A stretch of DNA of 64,000 nucleotides from Candidatus Nomurabacteria bacterium. Its GTDB lineage: Bacteria > Patescibacteriota > Minisyncoccia > Phycocordibacterales > UBA9973. Below, piece after piece: positions 17,011 through 25,352 of this stretch (position 1 is the first letter of the stretch; each line of letters begins with the position of its first letter). The stretch covers positions 141,860 through 205,859 of the forward strand of contig JACKGL010000002.1 in NCBI GenBank assembly GCA_020631955.1. The letters run 5' to 3'. Under the pieces are notes generated by a model. It saw only the letters and a list, made by a program, of their open reading frames with translations, made no database searches and was not told the DNA's origin. Position numbers and translations under genes: made by a program.

Positions 17011-17925
17011 CTATTTTTGGTGCTTATCGCAATAGTGACTACTTCTTCCTGCTATAACTTTTCTTATTATAGTGCCGGAGCAACCTTTTTTTGTACATTT
17101 TTCACCTGTTCTTCTGTATGCGTTGTGTCTGTGTTGGAAAGCGCCACGTTCTCCATATATATTTCTATAATCACTCATAGAGTCACCGCCAAAGTCTATA
17201 CCTTTTTTGAGCACCTTTTTCATTGCTATGAACATAGCTTTATATTCAGAGTCTTTTATATTTCTGACAAACCTGTCTGGTCTTATACCAGAAAGAAACA
17301 GCATCTCGTCGCTGTATATGTTGCCTATACCTACTACTAGAGTCTGATCCAAAAGAGCCTTCTTTATTGGCCAAGAAGGTTTTTTCGATATTCTTTCTTT
17401 GAAGTCTTTTTGTGTGAAGTTTTTTTCTAGTGGCTCGGGACCGAGGTCTTTTAGGTGTTTGGAAGTAAATATTTTATCTGTCTTTTCTATAGTGACCTTG
17501 GCAAACTTTCTAGAGTCGCAAAGTACAAGATGAGACCCATTATTAAGACTAATAACAAAATGCACAAATCTGTTATATGGGTCGCGCAGGGAATCACTAG
17601 AATTTTTGTGAGGAGACCAAGAGTTTGTTTTTTTGTTGTAGTCATATTTTCCATACATCATGTGACCTGTCATCTTCATGTGGACCAATATAGTTTCGTT
17701 GTTGGATAAATGAATGAGAATATTTTTTGCTCTTCTTTCTGATTTTACTATCTTTGCGCCTAAAGATCTTTTTTTGAGATCTTTGAAAAAAGAAGGGTTT
17801 TTTATAGAGTCGGCAAACCTTTTGTCTTTTGAATATAAATCAGTCCAAACATCGGTAATTTTCTTACCGACAGCTGTAGAGCGGATACCTTCTACTGTTG
17901 TGTGGACTTCTGGGAGTTCTGGCAT
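17011..17925 (-). CDS. mutM: Formamidopyrimidine-DNA glycosylase (Fpg/MutM)
   Basis: MPELPEV N-terminus and the C-terminal zinc finger CxxC...CDKHQ. Confidence 0.9.
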   Translation of the reverse strand: MPELPEVHTTVEGIRSTAVGKKITDVWTDLYSKDKRFADSIKNPSFFKDLKKRSLGAKIVKSERRAKNILIHLSNNETILVHMKMTGHMMYGKYDYNKKTNSWSPHKNSSDSLRDPYNRFVHFVISLNNGSHLVLCDSRKFAKVTIEKTDKIFTSKHLKDLGPEPLEKNFTQKDFKERISKKPSWPIKKALLDQTLVVGIGNIYSDEMLFLSGIRPDRFVRNIKDSEYKAMFIAMKKVLKKGIDFGGDSMSDYRNIYGERGAFQHRHNAYRRTGEKCTKKGCSGTIIRKVIAGRSSHYCDKHQK

Positions 17926-17961
17926 GAGTCTACTTTATCGTATGAATAAATAATTGCAAAT

Positions 17962-17985
17962 AAAAAAGCGAAGCTATTGCTTCGC
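17962..17985 (-). terminator. Rho-independent terminator (minus strand)
   Basis: GCGAAGC-TATT-GCTTCGC with a T tract on the minus strand. Confidence 0.6.
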
Positions 17986-17992
17986 CTTATCT

Positions 17993-19153
17993 TCACCTTG
18001 CTATATAAGCAAGCTTTGAGTTGGAAAATCTTTTGTCCCCAGTCACTTCTTTATATAAGCCTATATAGTGGGGGATAGTAACATTGTCTACATCTAACCC
18101 TTCTATCTCCAATAAATGAAGAGGGGTATCATTCATAAACTCATAACCGGAAATATCTCCCAGAAAAACATTTGAGAACAGATCGAGTTCCATGCGAACG
18201 TGGTCATGAGCAAAACAGAAACGTTTTTTGCGAAGCTCCTCGCCGACCTTTCTTTCCAGGAAAGAGGAGTAGGAGTCTTCACTTATAAGTCTTTGTTTTT
18301 CTGCCAGTCCTGCACTAGTCTGATATTTTTTCGTCCAGTAGAAACTGTTGATGTCATCCACTTTTCTCTTACGGACTCTTTCTGCTCCGAATTCTGTCTT
18401 GAGATAGGTTTGAGATATATCAACACTACGAGTGTTTTTAGGCAATCTCGCGATGTTAATATAATCCAACAACAGAAACTTTCTCTCATTTTCTATTGGA
18501 GGCTCATCAAATAAGTTCAAAATAGCACTGGTTGCTTTCTTGAGTTTGGTTTCGAAATCTGTGCGATTACTGAAGATCTCAAAATGTTCAAAGTCCATCC
18601 AGGCTCTTTGTATCTTATCTTCGAGCAGGCAGGCTTCTTCAGCCGTGCTCTCATAACGGGCTTCGTTGTTTGTGTTGTCGAAAAGTTCTGGTAAACCATA
18701 ACCTACAGTTACCATGTCTACAACAAGATCGTAAGCCTCTACACCAGCTACCACTCTGTTTAGGTTGTATTTATCCAGAAGTCTTAAGAACTCTTTTTCA
18801 CCGACATAAGCCTCCTCATCTAAAAAGCCTCTGTCATAGATAATGAGTATTCTTGCTTCCTTATCTTCTTGAAGCAGACTTTCAGCCGCTTTTTCCATAT
18901 GAGCATAGTCGAGCATTTGGAGCTCTATTACATACTCTTGGAAGGGGATCATGCCTACAGATGCTGGTGATATGCCACCTATTATTCTTGCCGTCGCGGC
19001 TTCGGAGGCGATGAGTACTTTTATACCCCTTTCTTCTGCTATCTCTTTTACATAAGGTATCATGCTGGATTTGCCACCCTTGGGTCCACCAGTAAGAACT
19101 ACTCTTTTAATATTATCATTGTTTATTTTCCTCATAAAAGATCGTTTGCCCAT
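17993..19153 (-). CDS. P-loop NTPase (AAA_28-like) fused to a CYTH domain
   Basis: P-loop GGPKGGKSS near the N-terminus and the CYTH ExExK signature ENERKFLL in the C-terminal half. The start is moved to an internal Met (MGKRSF); the track's N-terminal 59 aa look non-coding. Confidence 0.65.
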   Translation of the reverse strand: MGKRSFMRKINNDNIKRVVLTGGPKGGKSSMIPYVKEIAEERGIKVLIASEAATARIIGGISPASVGMIPFQEYVIELQMLDYAHMEKAAESLLQEDKEARILIIYDRGFLDEEAYVGEKEFLRLLDKYNLNRVVAGVEAYDLVVDMVTVGYGLPELFDNTNNEARYESTAEEACLLEDKIQRAWMDFEHFEIFSNRTDFETKLKKATSAILNLFDEPPIENERKFLLLDYINIARLPKNTRSVDISQTYLKTEFGAERVRKRKVDDINSFYWTKKYQTSAGLAEKQRLISEDSYSSFLERKVGEELRKKRFCFAHDHVRMELDLFSNVFLGDISGYEFMNDTPLHLLEIEGLDVDNVTIPHYIGLYKEVTGDKRFSNSKLAYIAR

Positions 19154-19244
19154 AATATAGCACAAAGAAGGCAGGCCTTCATCTTTTGGGTTTTCACAAG
19201 CAAGGTTGTACAAAATCTTTACATAGTATAAACTCGAGGCAGTT

Positions 19245-19724
19245 ATGGAAGGTAGATCAGTCTCAAAAAGTGAAAATACACCAGCTCCAGAGAAAAAGGA
19301 GCAGCTGACAAAAAAGGAAAAGGTATCCACAGCTTTTGATATTGCTTCTAAGTACGCAAAAAAGTATGTTCTTCCTAGAGACCGTTCTCCAGAGACTATG
19401 CCAGAGAGTAAAGAGTCTTTAAATACTATATGGATAACAGAGCTGAAGAAAGAGCTACTTAGTTATTATGATGGAATAGAAGACGAAGACAGAGGTCTAA
19501 ATATCATACAGTCTACTATACAAAAGATAGATAAAGAACTTGGTCTTCTGAACCCAGAAAGGGAAGAGAGTATAGGTTATAAAGAAAATGATTATATGTA
19601 TATGCTTGAAAACTTGTACGGAATAAAAAGAATAATAGAACAAATAAGTCTCGACCTAAACATCAACGAAAACAGTGACAATATAGATTTTGTTATTTAT
19701 AACCTAGAAAACAAGTTTAGATAA
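19245..19724 (+). CDS. Hypothetical protein
   Basis: 159-aa ORF, Lys/Glu-rich, no recognised motif. Confidence 0.4.
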   Translation: MEGRSVSKSENTPAPEKKEQLTKKEKVSTAFDIASKYAKKYVLPRDRSPETMPESKESLNTIWITELKKELLSYYDGIEDEDRGLNIIQSTIQKIDKELGLLNPEREESIGYKENDYMYMLENLYGIKRIIEQISLDLNINENSDNIDFVIYNLENKFR

Positions 19725-19981
19725 TGAAAGACTTATACGAAAAAATAATGAAGATAGACATACCTCACGAAGACCAGCTTGGAATACTGTGGCTTGTTAG
19801 AAGTATGAACACAGATGACAGAGAAAGGATGATAAGTATATTGGTGGGCAACCCTGATATTGCTATAGATTTTTGGCAGAGTTATAAATCAAAAAAAGAA
19901 GCCCTTGTTGCCAACGACCCATCTTTGTTTGAAACTATACTAGAACAAGAAAGAAAAATGCTCGACGAAATGGAAGAATAG
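19724..19981 (+). CDS. Hypothetical protein
   Basis: 85-aa ORF coupled to the upstream ORF by an ATGA-type overlap. Confidence 0.4.
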   Translation: MKDLYEKIMKIDIPHEDQLGILWLVRSMNTDDRERMISILVGNPDIAIDFWQSYKSKKEALVANDPSLFETILEQERKMLDEMEE

Positions 19982-20560
19982 CTATCCTTGTGAAAGCCAC
20001 TTGATAGCTTCTTTTATTATCATACCTGTGTCGTCTATGTCTCTATCTATTTGTGTCAGTACGTCTCGTATCTCTCTTTTGTCATAACCCAAAGACTCTA
20101 AGGCTAAGTACACATCGTCATAACCTGATACGTTTTGACCATATTCTTTTTCTACCAAATTGGATAATTTATCACGAAGTTCTATGACTATCTTTTCTGC
20201 TGTTTTCTTACCTATACCTGAAAACTTTGTAAGATAAGCCGAGTCTGAGTTGGCTATAGCTTTTTTTAAGTTTTCTATTGGTTCTGAAGAGACTATACCT
20301 AAAGCACCTTTTGGTCCTACACCTGAGACTGTAAGCATCATTTCAAAGAGTGCCAGCTCTGATTTTTGCATAAATCCATATAGATCTATAGCGTCTTCCT
20401 TCACGGAGGTGTATGTATATATTTGTATAGAATCTCCAGCTTCACCCGTGTTTATAAGTGTATTTGCTCCTAGATATACCAAGTATCCCACACCACTCAC
20501 GTCTATGGTGATGGATTTTTCGTCTTTATCTATAATATTACCCCTGAGGAAACGTATCAT
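19982..20560 (-). CDS. ruvA: Holliday junction DNA helicase subunit RuvA
   Basis: MIRFLRGNII start, GVGY, helix-hairpin-helix segments (VSGVGPKGA, FSGIGKKTAEKI). Confidence 0.85.
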   Translation of the reverse strand: MIRFLRGNIIDKDEKSITIDVSGVGYLVYLGANTLINTGEAGDSIQIYTYTSVKEDAIDLYGFMQKSELALFEMMLTVSGVGPKGALGIVSSEPIENLKKAIANSDSAYLTKFSGIGKKTAEKIVIELRDKLSNLVEKEYGQNVSGYDDVYLALESLGYDKREIRDVLTQIDRDIDDTGMIIKEAIKWLSQG

Positions 20561-20736
20561 TACATCTAATAGTATATTAGAATAAGCCTGATTTACCAAT
20601 ACCATGTTGCAAAGTCACAATATTGTGTTATTATTGGCTCGCATGTACGGAAGTGTCTCTCCATACTTGTTTGGAAATAGAGGCTAGATAAAAGGACCAC
20701 CTCATTTTCTAAATATTAGATAAATAATCAAATTAT

Positions 20737-20994
20737 ATGCCAATAAAAGATTCTGCAAAGAAATCACTTAGAGTTTCAAAGAGAAAGAAGCTTGTAAACG
20801 ACAGAAGAAAGAAAACTCTTCGTGATACTTCAAAAAAAGTTGAGAAAGATATCAAAGCTGATAAAAAAATAGCAGCTCAATCTTTGTCTGCTGCATACAA
20901 AGCTATCGATAAAGCAGCAAAGAGAGGAATAATAAAGAAAAACACTGCTTCTAGAAAAAAATCTAAACTAGCAAGAATGGTAAACAAAGCATAA
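20737..20994 (+). CDS. rpsT: 30S ribosomal protein S20
   Basis: 85 aa, basic; MPIKDSAKKSLRVSKRK... AYKAIDKAAKRGIIKKNTASRKKSKL. Confidence 0.9.
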   Translation: MPIKDSAKKSLRVSKRKKLVNDRRKKTLRDTSKKVEKDIKADKKIAAQSLSAAYKAIDKAAKRGIIKKNTASRKKSKLARMVNKA

Positions 20995-20996
20995 AT

Positions 20997-21248
20997 ATGC
21001 TTTACGAATTTTACGGAACAGAATGTCCACATTGCGAAAGAATGCGCAATGTTGTCGAGTCTGTAGAGAAAAAACACAACGTCACTTTCGAAAGAAAGGA
21101 AGTGTGGCATGATGAAGATAACCTAGCTTTTCTAAAAGAATGCGACAAGAATGACGAATGTGGAGGTGTGCCTTTCTTCTATAATGATGAAACAGGTAAG
21201 TGGATCTGCGGTGAAGCTACAGAAGAAGAACTAGAATCAATAATATAA
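20997..21248 (+). CDS. Small thioredoxin-fold protein (CPHC active site)
   Basis: 83 aa with the CxxC motif CPHC near the N-terminus. Confidence 0.6.
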   Translation: MLYEFYGTECPHCERMRNVVESVEKKHNVTFERKEVWHDEDNLAFLKECDKNDECGGVPFFYNDETGKWICGEATEEELESII

Positions 21249-21279
21249 AACAAAATCCCGGGAGTCTCGGGGTTTTGTT

Positions 21280-21495
21280 TTATAGGTTGTCCATTATTTC
21301 TTGGTCTCTTTCTTCAGCAAGTCTCTGAACTCCTTCGACTTGGTTCTGGACGTAGTCTATCTTACCTGTGATTTTGTTTTGTATCTTTTGGAAATATGTT
21401 TCACCGCTGTTGTCTTTATAAAAATATATAAAAGCTGCTAGTGCAATGATGATAATCAAAAAGAATTTTGCAAAACCTGCATCGTTATTTTTCAT
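21280..21495 (-). CDS. Small membrane protein, unknown function
   Basis: 71 aa with one TM helix (FFLIIIIALAAFIYF). Confidence 0.4.
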   Translation of the reverse strand: MKNNDAGFAKFFLIIIIALAAFIYFYKDNSGETYFQKIQNKITGKIDYVQNQVEGVQRLAEERDQEIMDNL

Positions 21496-21523
21496 GGATA
21501 CATTATATCAAGTTATCTATGGA

Positions 21524-21561
21524 TAAGAAATTTTTTAATGTGCCCTCGCCAGGAATCGAAC
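21524..21561 (+). repeat. 38-bp perfect direct repeat, distal copy (displaced tRNA-Arg 3' end plus trailer)
   Basis: TAAGAAATTTTTTAATGTGCCCTCGCCAGGAATCGAAC, identical to 22185..22222. Confidence 0.9.
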
Positions 21562-21566
21562 ACACA

Positions 21567-21595
21567 TTGACTTAATGTATATTTTAGTGTATAAT
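21567..21595 (+). promoter_or_regulatory. Near-consensus sigma70 promoter (TTGACT-17-TATAAT) at the island edge
   Basis: TTGACT at 21567..21572, 17-nt spacer, TATAAT at 21590..21595. Confidence 0.6.
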
Positions 21596-21640
21596 ATAAA
21601 CAATATTTTTATTTTTTCTTTACATAAAAACTGATAAACA

Positions 21641-22144
21641 ATGGGATCTAATAAGTTAGTATTCAACTCCAGGGGTGATAGCGCTTGGGTGGAATTTGCA
21701 AACGGAAAAGAAACGGTATCTTGGGATACCAAGGAAGAGGCTCTTGAAGCCTTAAACGACCTGTTTAATAAGGACAGGATATCTGAGGATGAAGTTAAAA
21801 AGTTTTCAAAGGAAATATTCCTGAAAGAAACTTTTCCTAGTATTTTTGATTCTGTGAGAATTATTGGGGCAATAATTGCTCTCAGTCATTCTTCTCTTGA
21901 ACCGGATTACAAACAAATTGCTAATCCCACATTTGCTGTGTGCGACTGTGGGGCTAAGCCAATTCATGGATATTTCCATGATGATGATAATAACAAGGCA
22001 GGAATGCCTGTTATGTTCAAGAATCAAGCAAGAGACTTCACTAACTGGCTTTTGAAAAATGGTATTGTGTCAGAAGAAGGAAAAACATCTCTGTTCGTAC
22101 AGATAGATATGACAGAACTTCCCGAACACCCACAGGTAAACTGA
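21641..22144 (+). CDS. Island-borne hypothetical protein (167 aa)
   Basis: The only long ORF between the direct repeats. It has no recognised motif and is G+C-richer than its flanks. Confidence 0.55.
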   Translation: MGSNKLVFNSRGDSAWVEFANGKETVSWDTKEEALEALNDLFNKDRISEDEVKKFSKEIFLKETFPSIFDSVRIIGAIIALSHSSLEPDYKQIANPTFAVCDCGAKPIHGYFHDDDNNKAGMPVMFKNQARDFTNWLLKNGIVSEEGKTSLFVQIDMTELPEHPQVN

Positions 22145-22151
22145 TATTTTT

Positions 22152-22179
22152 CAACCGCTCTTTTGAGCGGTTGTTTTTA
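22152..22179 (+). terminator. Rho-independent terminator
   Basis: CAACCGCTC-TTTT-GAGCGGTTG followed by TTTTT. Confidence 0.7.
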
Positions 22180-22184
22180 TCTTC

Positions 22185-22222
22185 TAAGAAATTTTTTAAT
22201 GTGCCCTCGCCAGGAATCGAAC
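22185..22222 (+). repeat. 38-bp perfect direct repeat, tRNA-proximal copy
   Basis: Covers the last 21 nt of tRNA-Arg(GCG) (22202..22222) plus 17 nt of trailer. Confidence 0.9.
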
Positions 22223-22273
22223 CTGGACCGACAGTTCCGCAAACTGACGTTCTATCCATTAAACTACGAGGAC
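22202..22273 (-). tRNA. tRNA-Arg (anticodon GCG)
   Basis: Manual fold: acceptor GTCCTCG/CGAGGGC (one G.U), D arm GTTT-AATGGATA-GAAC as in the other Arg tRNA, anticodon loop TTGCGGA (one U.U at the top of the stem), T arm CCAGG-TTCGATT-CCTGG. 72 nt. Confidence 0.8.
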
Positions 22274-22286
22274 ATGTAAGGTGATA

Positions 22287-22628
22287 CTACCTTACCTTGG
22301 CTCCTGGTGCAATATCTTCTTCTGCTACCAAAAATATAGGTCTATCTTCTCCTACAGCCATAAGCATACCTTCGCTATCTAAGCCCCTTATTTTTCTCGG
22401 AGCTAAGTTTGTGCAGAAAAGCATTTGTTTACCCACGAGCTTTTCTGGCTCTGTGTACCACTCTCTTATAGCTGAAAGTATTTGTCTATGTTTTTCTTCT
22501 CCACAATCAAGCTCAAATCTGATCAGCTTATCAGAGTCTGGTACAGCTTCTGCTACTAGCACTTTGCAGAGTTTCATTTCAAGTTTTGTAAAATCTTCGT
22601 AAGAAGCATTTATTTTTTCTTCACTCAT
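22287..22628 (-). CDS. tRNA-binding domain protein (CsaA/EMAP-like)
   Basis: 113 aa. KLEMKLCKVLVAEAVPDSDKLIRFELDCGEE ... LAPRKIRGLDSEGML is typical of the OB-fold tRNA-binding domain. Confidence 0.75.
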   Translation of the reverse strand: MSEEKINASYEDFTKLEMKLCKVLVAEAVPDSDKLIRFELDCGEEKHRQILSAIREWYTEPEKLVGKQMLFCTNLAPRKIRGLDSEGMLMAVGEDRPIFLVAEEDIAPGAKVR

Positions 22629-22629
22629 A

Positions 22630-23031
22630 TTATTTTTTATCTAAATACCTTTGTAATATATGCATCGCTGCTATATGGTCTATTTCTTTTTTAAAATCTT
22701 TCTTCACCTGTCTTTGTGTATTTGTATTTCCTTTTGTCATCTCTCTGAGTCTTGATTCGTGAGAAGTCATGGATTCATCTTGATAGTCTACTTCGTACCC
22801 AGACTCTTCTAGGAAACTTTTATATCCTTCTATCAAAGATACTAGTTTGGTGTCTTGGTCTTTGGTGTATCCTATGACCACAGTTTTTACCCTTTGTTCT
22901 TTTATATAGAGCATCAGAGATTCTTTTTGATTTGCTGAAAACACTTTACCTGGGAAGGCTATCTTCTGGTTTTCATCTGAGTATGCAGTACCTATTCTTT
23001 TTGTACCTATATCAAGAGCTATTATCTTCAC
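22630..23031 (-). CDS. ruvX: Putative pre-16S rRNA nuclease / Holliday junction resolvase-like YqgF (RuvX)
   Basis: MKIIALDIGTKRIGTAYSD N-terminus. Confidence 0.85.
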   Translation of the reverse strand: MKIIALDIGTKRIGTAYSDENQKIAFPGKVFSANQKESLMLYIKEQRVKTVVIGYTKDQDTKLVSLIEGYKSFLEESGYEVDYQDESMTSHESRLREMTKGNTNTQRQVKKDFKKEIDHIAAMHILQRYLDKK

Positions 23032-23148
23032 AAATAGAGATTATCATATTTGTACTTTTACTACAATTTTGCTAATATGCTCGTACCAGTATTTCTGGTG
23101 AAAAGAATAAAGTATTTGCTAAAAGATACTTTGAAAAATTAAATAAAT

Positions 23149-23235
23149 GGAGGCGTGGCTGAGTGGTTGAAGGCACTTGTCTTGAAAACAAGAGACTGGG
23201 CAACTGGTCCGTGAGTTCGAATCTCACCGCCTCCG
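23149..23235 (+). tRNA. tRNA-Ser (anticodon UGA)
   Basis: Class II tRNA, 87 nt: acceptor GGAGGCG/CGCCTCC, anticodon loop CTTGAAA, long variable arm, T arm GTGAG-TTCGAAT-CTCAC. Confidence 0.9.
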
Positions 23236-23246
23236 CACACGATGGA

Positions 23247-23278
23247 AATACCCAATGCGAAAGCGTTGGGTATTTTTA
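23247..23278 (+). terminator. Rho-independent terminator after tRNA-Ser
   Basis: ATACCCAA...TTGGGTAT followed by TTTTT. Confidence 0.6.
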
Positions 23279-23368
23279 TTGTGCAGAGGGTTGCCGCGAA
23301 TCCTATAAGTTTATGCCCACCTCTGTAAAAACAAAGAGCAAAGCGATTATGTTTTTAAGAGAAGGGTA

Positions 23369-23385
23369 AATCTCGCTCCCTCCGC
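23369..23385 (+). repeat. Degenerate copy of the tRNA-Ser 3' end
   Basis: AATCTCGCTCCCTCCGC versus tRNA AATCTCACCGCCTCCGC: 14 of 17 identical by hand alignment. Confidence 0.6.
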
Positions 23386-23396
23386 CAAGACAATTT

Positions 23397-23411
23397 AGTA
23401 TCGGACGACCC
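23397..23411 (+). repeat. AGTATCGGA(G)NGACCC motif, copy 1
   Basis: AGTATCGGACGACCC, preceded by CCGCCAAGACAATTT as in copy 3. Confidence 0.6.
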
Positions 23412-23471
23412 GAGTGTCTATATTTTGCAACACTTCTGGAGACCTCGATATTCGTAAAAAGTTCGAACCTG

Positions 23472-23486
23472 TGAGGGATTCGAACT
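23472..23486 (-). repeat. Inverted tRNA T-arm-like fragment
   Basis: The minus strand reads GTTCGAATCCCTCAC, close to the tRNA-Ser GTTCGAATCTCAC. No cloverleaf can be built around it. Confidence 0.4.
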
Positions 23487-23560
23487 TTCTGTATTTTTGG
23501 GTATAGGAGTGAGGGGTGACCCACGTGCTTCGAAGAGCTTACACCCCTCATTAAGAATAA

Positions 23561-23576
23561 AGTATCGGAGCGACCC
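23561..23576 (+). repeat. AGTATCGGAGNGACCC motif, copy 2
   Basis: AGTATCGGAGCGACCC. Confidence 0.6.
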
Positions 23577-23633
23577 AGATACTTTATAAAACAGAGACCA
23601 CCTGAAAAGGTGGTTTTTGCTATACTACTAAAC

Positions 23634-24506
23634 ATGAACACGGAAACACTAAAAGATTTTATAGAAACTCATTGGGGTTTTGAAGAGGTTGTCTTGGAAC
23701 TCCTGCAAAATAAGGGCGATAGGTTCGTGTATAAAATCATTTCTAAAGAAGGTAATTTTGTTATTAAAATATCTGATACAGAAAAAACGGTAGAACAATT
23801 CAAGAAAGATTTGTATATGCTTGAATATGGGCCACGCATCGGATTTGACTATGTTCCAAAAATTATAGAGACAAAAGACGGGAGCTCGTATTTACATTTT
23901 CAAAATAGATTTCTTTTCATCATGGCTTTTCTTTCGGGGGAAAGCCCTGAAAACAACCCTCTGGATTGGCATAAAATTGGAGCGCTTACAGCCAGGCTCC
24001 ACAATATTAAAAATTATAAATACACTATCGATTTTAACCCATTGGATAAAAAAGGCGGAGTTGATGAGTTTTCTCAAGCCCTCTCATTTGGGAAGGAGTA
24101 TAGGGAGCTTTTTGCGACACTGCCAGATTTTTCAAACCTACCAAAAACTCCTATCCATACCGATATTGGTCTTCATAATTCTATAAAAAAAGAAAATGGG
24201 GAGATTATTTTCATTGACTGGGATGACGCTGGGATTGGGTTGCGTATTTTAGATATTGGCTTTCCGTTACTATCTCAGTTTGTTGATGAGAATAATATTA
24301 TACATACACAAAACGCCAAAGCCTTTTATTCAAGTTATTTTGAGAATGTACACATTCCTGTTTCTGAGAATGAAAAGAGGATGATATTTGATGCATCGTT
24401 ATTCTTTGCTCTCATTTATTTACGCTATAGTGATGTCGATAAAACATGGCAGCGAATTCAATGGGCTTTGTCTCATCGTGAAGAAATAGAATCAGTGCTG
24501 TTCTAG
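23634..24506 (+). CDS. Aminoglycoside/choline-kinase-type phosphotransferase (APH family)
   Basis: HTDIGLHN (HxDxxxxN catalytic loop) and FIDWDDAG (metal-binding Asp). Start at MNTETLKDF. Confidence 0.7.
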   Translation: MNTETLKDFIETHWGFEEVVLELLQNKGDRFVYKIISKEGNFVIKISDTEKTVEQFKKDLYMLEYGPRIGFDYVPKIIETKDGSSYLHFQNRFLFIMAFLSGESPENNPLDWHKIGALTARLHNIKNYKYTIDFNPLDKKGGVDEFSQALSFGKEYRELFATLPDFSNLPKTPIHTDIGLHNSIKKENGEIIFIDWDDAGIGLRILDIGFPLLSQFVDENNIIHTQNAKAFYSSYFENVHIPVSENEKRMIFDASLFFALIYLRYSDVDKTWQRIQWALSHREEIESVLF

Positions 24507-24601
24507 TACCCCGACCCATACCCCTCAATCCATATTTAAAATATACCACTAGAACGCCTTATGGTGTCTGTAGGTGTGGGTACTTAACCCACGCGGCCCG
24601 C
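24507..24601 (+). repeat. 95-nt cassette-end element, copy 1
   Basis: Runs from the stop codon to GGCCCGC. 57 of 95 positions match 25353..25447 in an ungapped hand alignment, with conserved blocks CCCCGACCCA, CTTAYGGTGTCT, GGTACTKAACCCA and GGCCCGC. Confidence 0.65.
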
Positions 24602-24612
24602 CAAGAAAACAA

Positions 24613-24628
24613 AGTATCGGAGTGACCC
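24613..24628 (+). repeat. AGTATCGGAGNGACCC motif, copy 3
   Basis: AGTATCGGAGTGACCC. A partial fourth copy, GGACGACCCGA, lies at 24646..24656. Confidence 0.6.
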
Positions 24629-24692
24629 GGAGGATTATGATTGTAGGACGACCCGATTAGTCAAGTTTGCATATTTAAGTTAAAATACTGAT

Positions 24693-25352
24693 ATGGAAAG
24701 TTTTCGTCAAAGCCCAATAACAACTGAAAATGAAACTGAAAAAAAGCCACTAAAAGAGAGTGTTGATTTTGTGTTTGAACAGCATACTGAATTAGCGTCT
24801 ATTGGTACCAAGGATCAGTACGTCCAATATATCGCGACTATTTTCCCAGATAGCAAATTCAAGGAAGTCGTATATCACAATTCAGATGCTGAATTTAAGA
24901 ATGAGGGGTTCAAACCAATGAAGCCTAATTTTGATACGCTTAACAGCATTGAGGGAGTCTATAATTTCAGCTCGAATCGTACCTTTGCTCAGCGATATGG
25001 CATTAATACTTATGCTGTCGTCTTGGACATCCATAATGCTATTGAAGATACTTCTTCGGGGGAATATGTTGACGACATAGACAGACCTTTATCTGAAGCA
25101 TTATTTAAAATAGGGAAACAAACCAAAGCGAATCCCTTCGCACCAGAATACGATGAAAATCTGAAAAATACCGATGCGGTGATTAATCATATTTCAGGAG
25201 AAGATTACATAGAAAAACATCCAAGAACTGGAAGGGAGTGGGGTGTTCCTCCTCAAACAGTAGTCAGCGTATTCCACGAGAATCAGATACACATTCTTGG
25301 TTCATCATCTGATGTGCAAAAGTTTCGTGAATTTGTTGAAAGAGAAAAATAG
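24693..25352 (+). CDS. Cassette-borne hypothetical protein (219 aa)
   Basis: Long ORF with no signal peptide. The C-terminal ...NQIHILGSSSDVQKFREFV reminds me of domains in polyvalent phage/plasmid proteins; this is an unverified impression. Confidence 0.5.
   Translation: MESFRQSPITTENETEKKPLKESVDFVFEQHTELASIGTKDQYVQYIATIFPDSKFKEVVYHNSDAEFKNEGFKPMKPNFDTLNSIEGVYNFSSNRTFAQRYGINTYAVVLDIHNAIEDTSSGEYVDDIDRPLSEALFKIGKQTKANPFAPEYDENLKNTDAVINHISGEDYIEKHPRTGREWGVPPQTVVSVFHENQIHILGSSSDVQKFREFVEREK

Larger units (their letters stand above)
21562..22184. mobile_element. Integrase-less 623-bp micro-island inserted in the 3' end of tRNA-Arg(GCG)
   Basis: Bounded by the 38-bp direct repeat. It carries its own consensus promoter, one ORF and a terminator. 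Confidence 0.65.

Noticed and set aside
19154-19330. N-terminal 59 codons of track ORF 17993..19330.
   Set aside because: The Phe/Ser/Cys-rich sequence precedes the P-loop and overlaps the divergent ORF starting at 19245. An internal Met just before the P-loop domain is the plausible start.
22041-22259. 72-aa minus-strand ORF overlapping tRNA-Arg(GCG).
   Set aside because: It is a translation of the tRNA and its trailer (GSIPGEG is the T arm). It is not a gene.
23472-23486. Possible additional minus-strand tRNA (GGATTCGAAC signature).
   Set aside because: No acceptor, D or anticodon arms can be built around it. I interpret it as a fragment derived from a tRNA T arm.
23163-23641. ORFs 23163..23369 (plus) and 23303..23641 (minus) next to tRNA-Ser.
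   Set aside because: The first starts inside the tRNA. The second runs antisense through att-like remnants, the inverted tRNA fragment and repeated motifs. Neither has supporting start signals.
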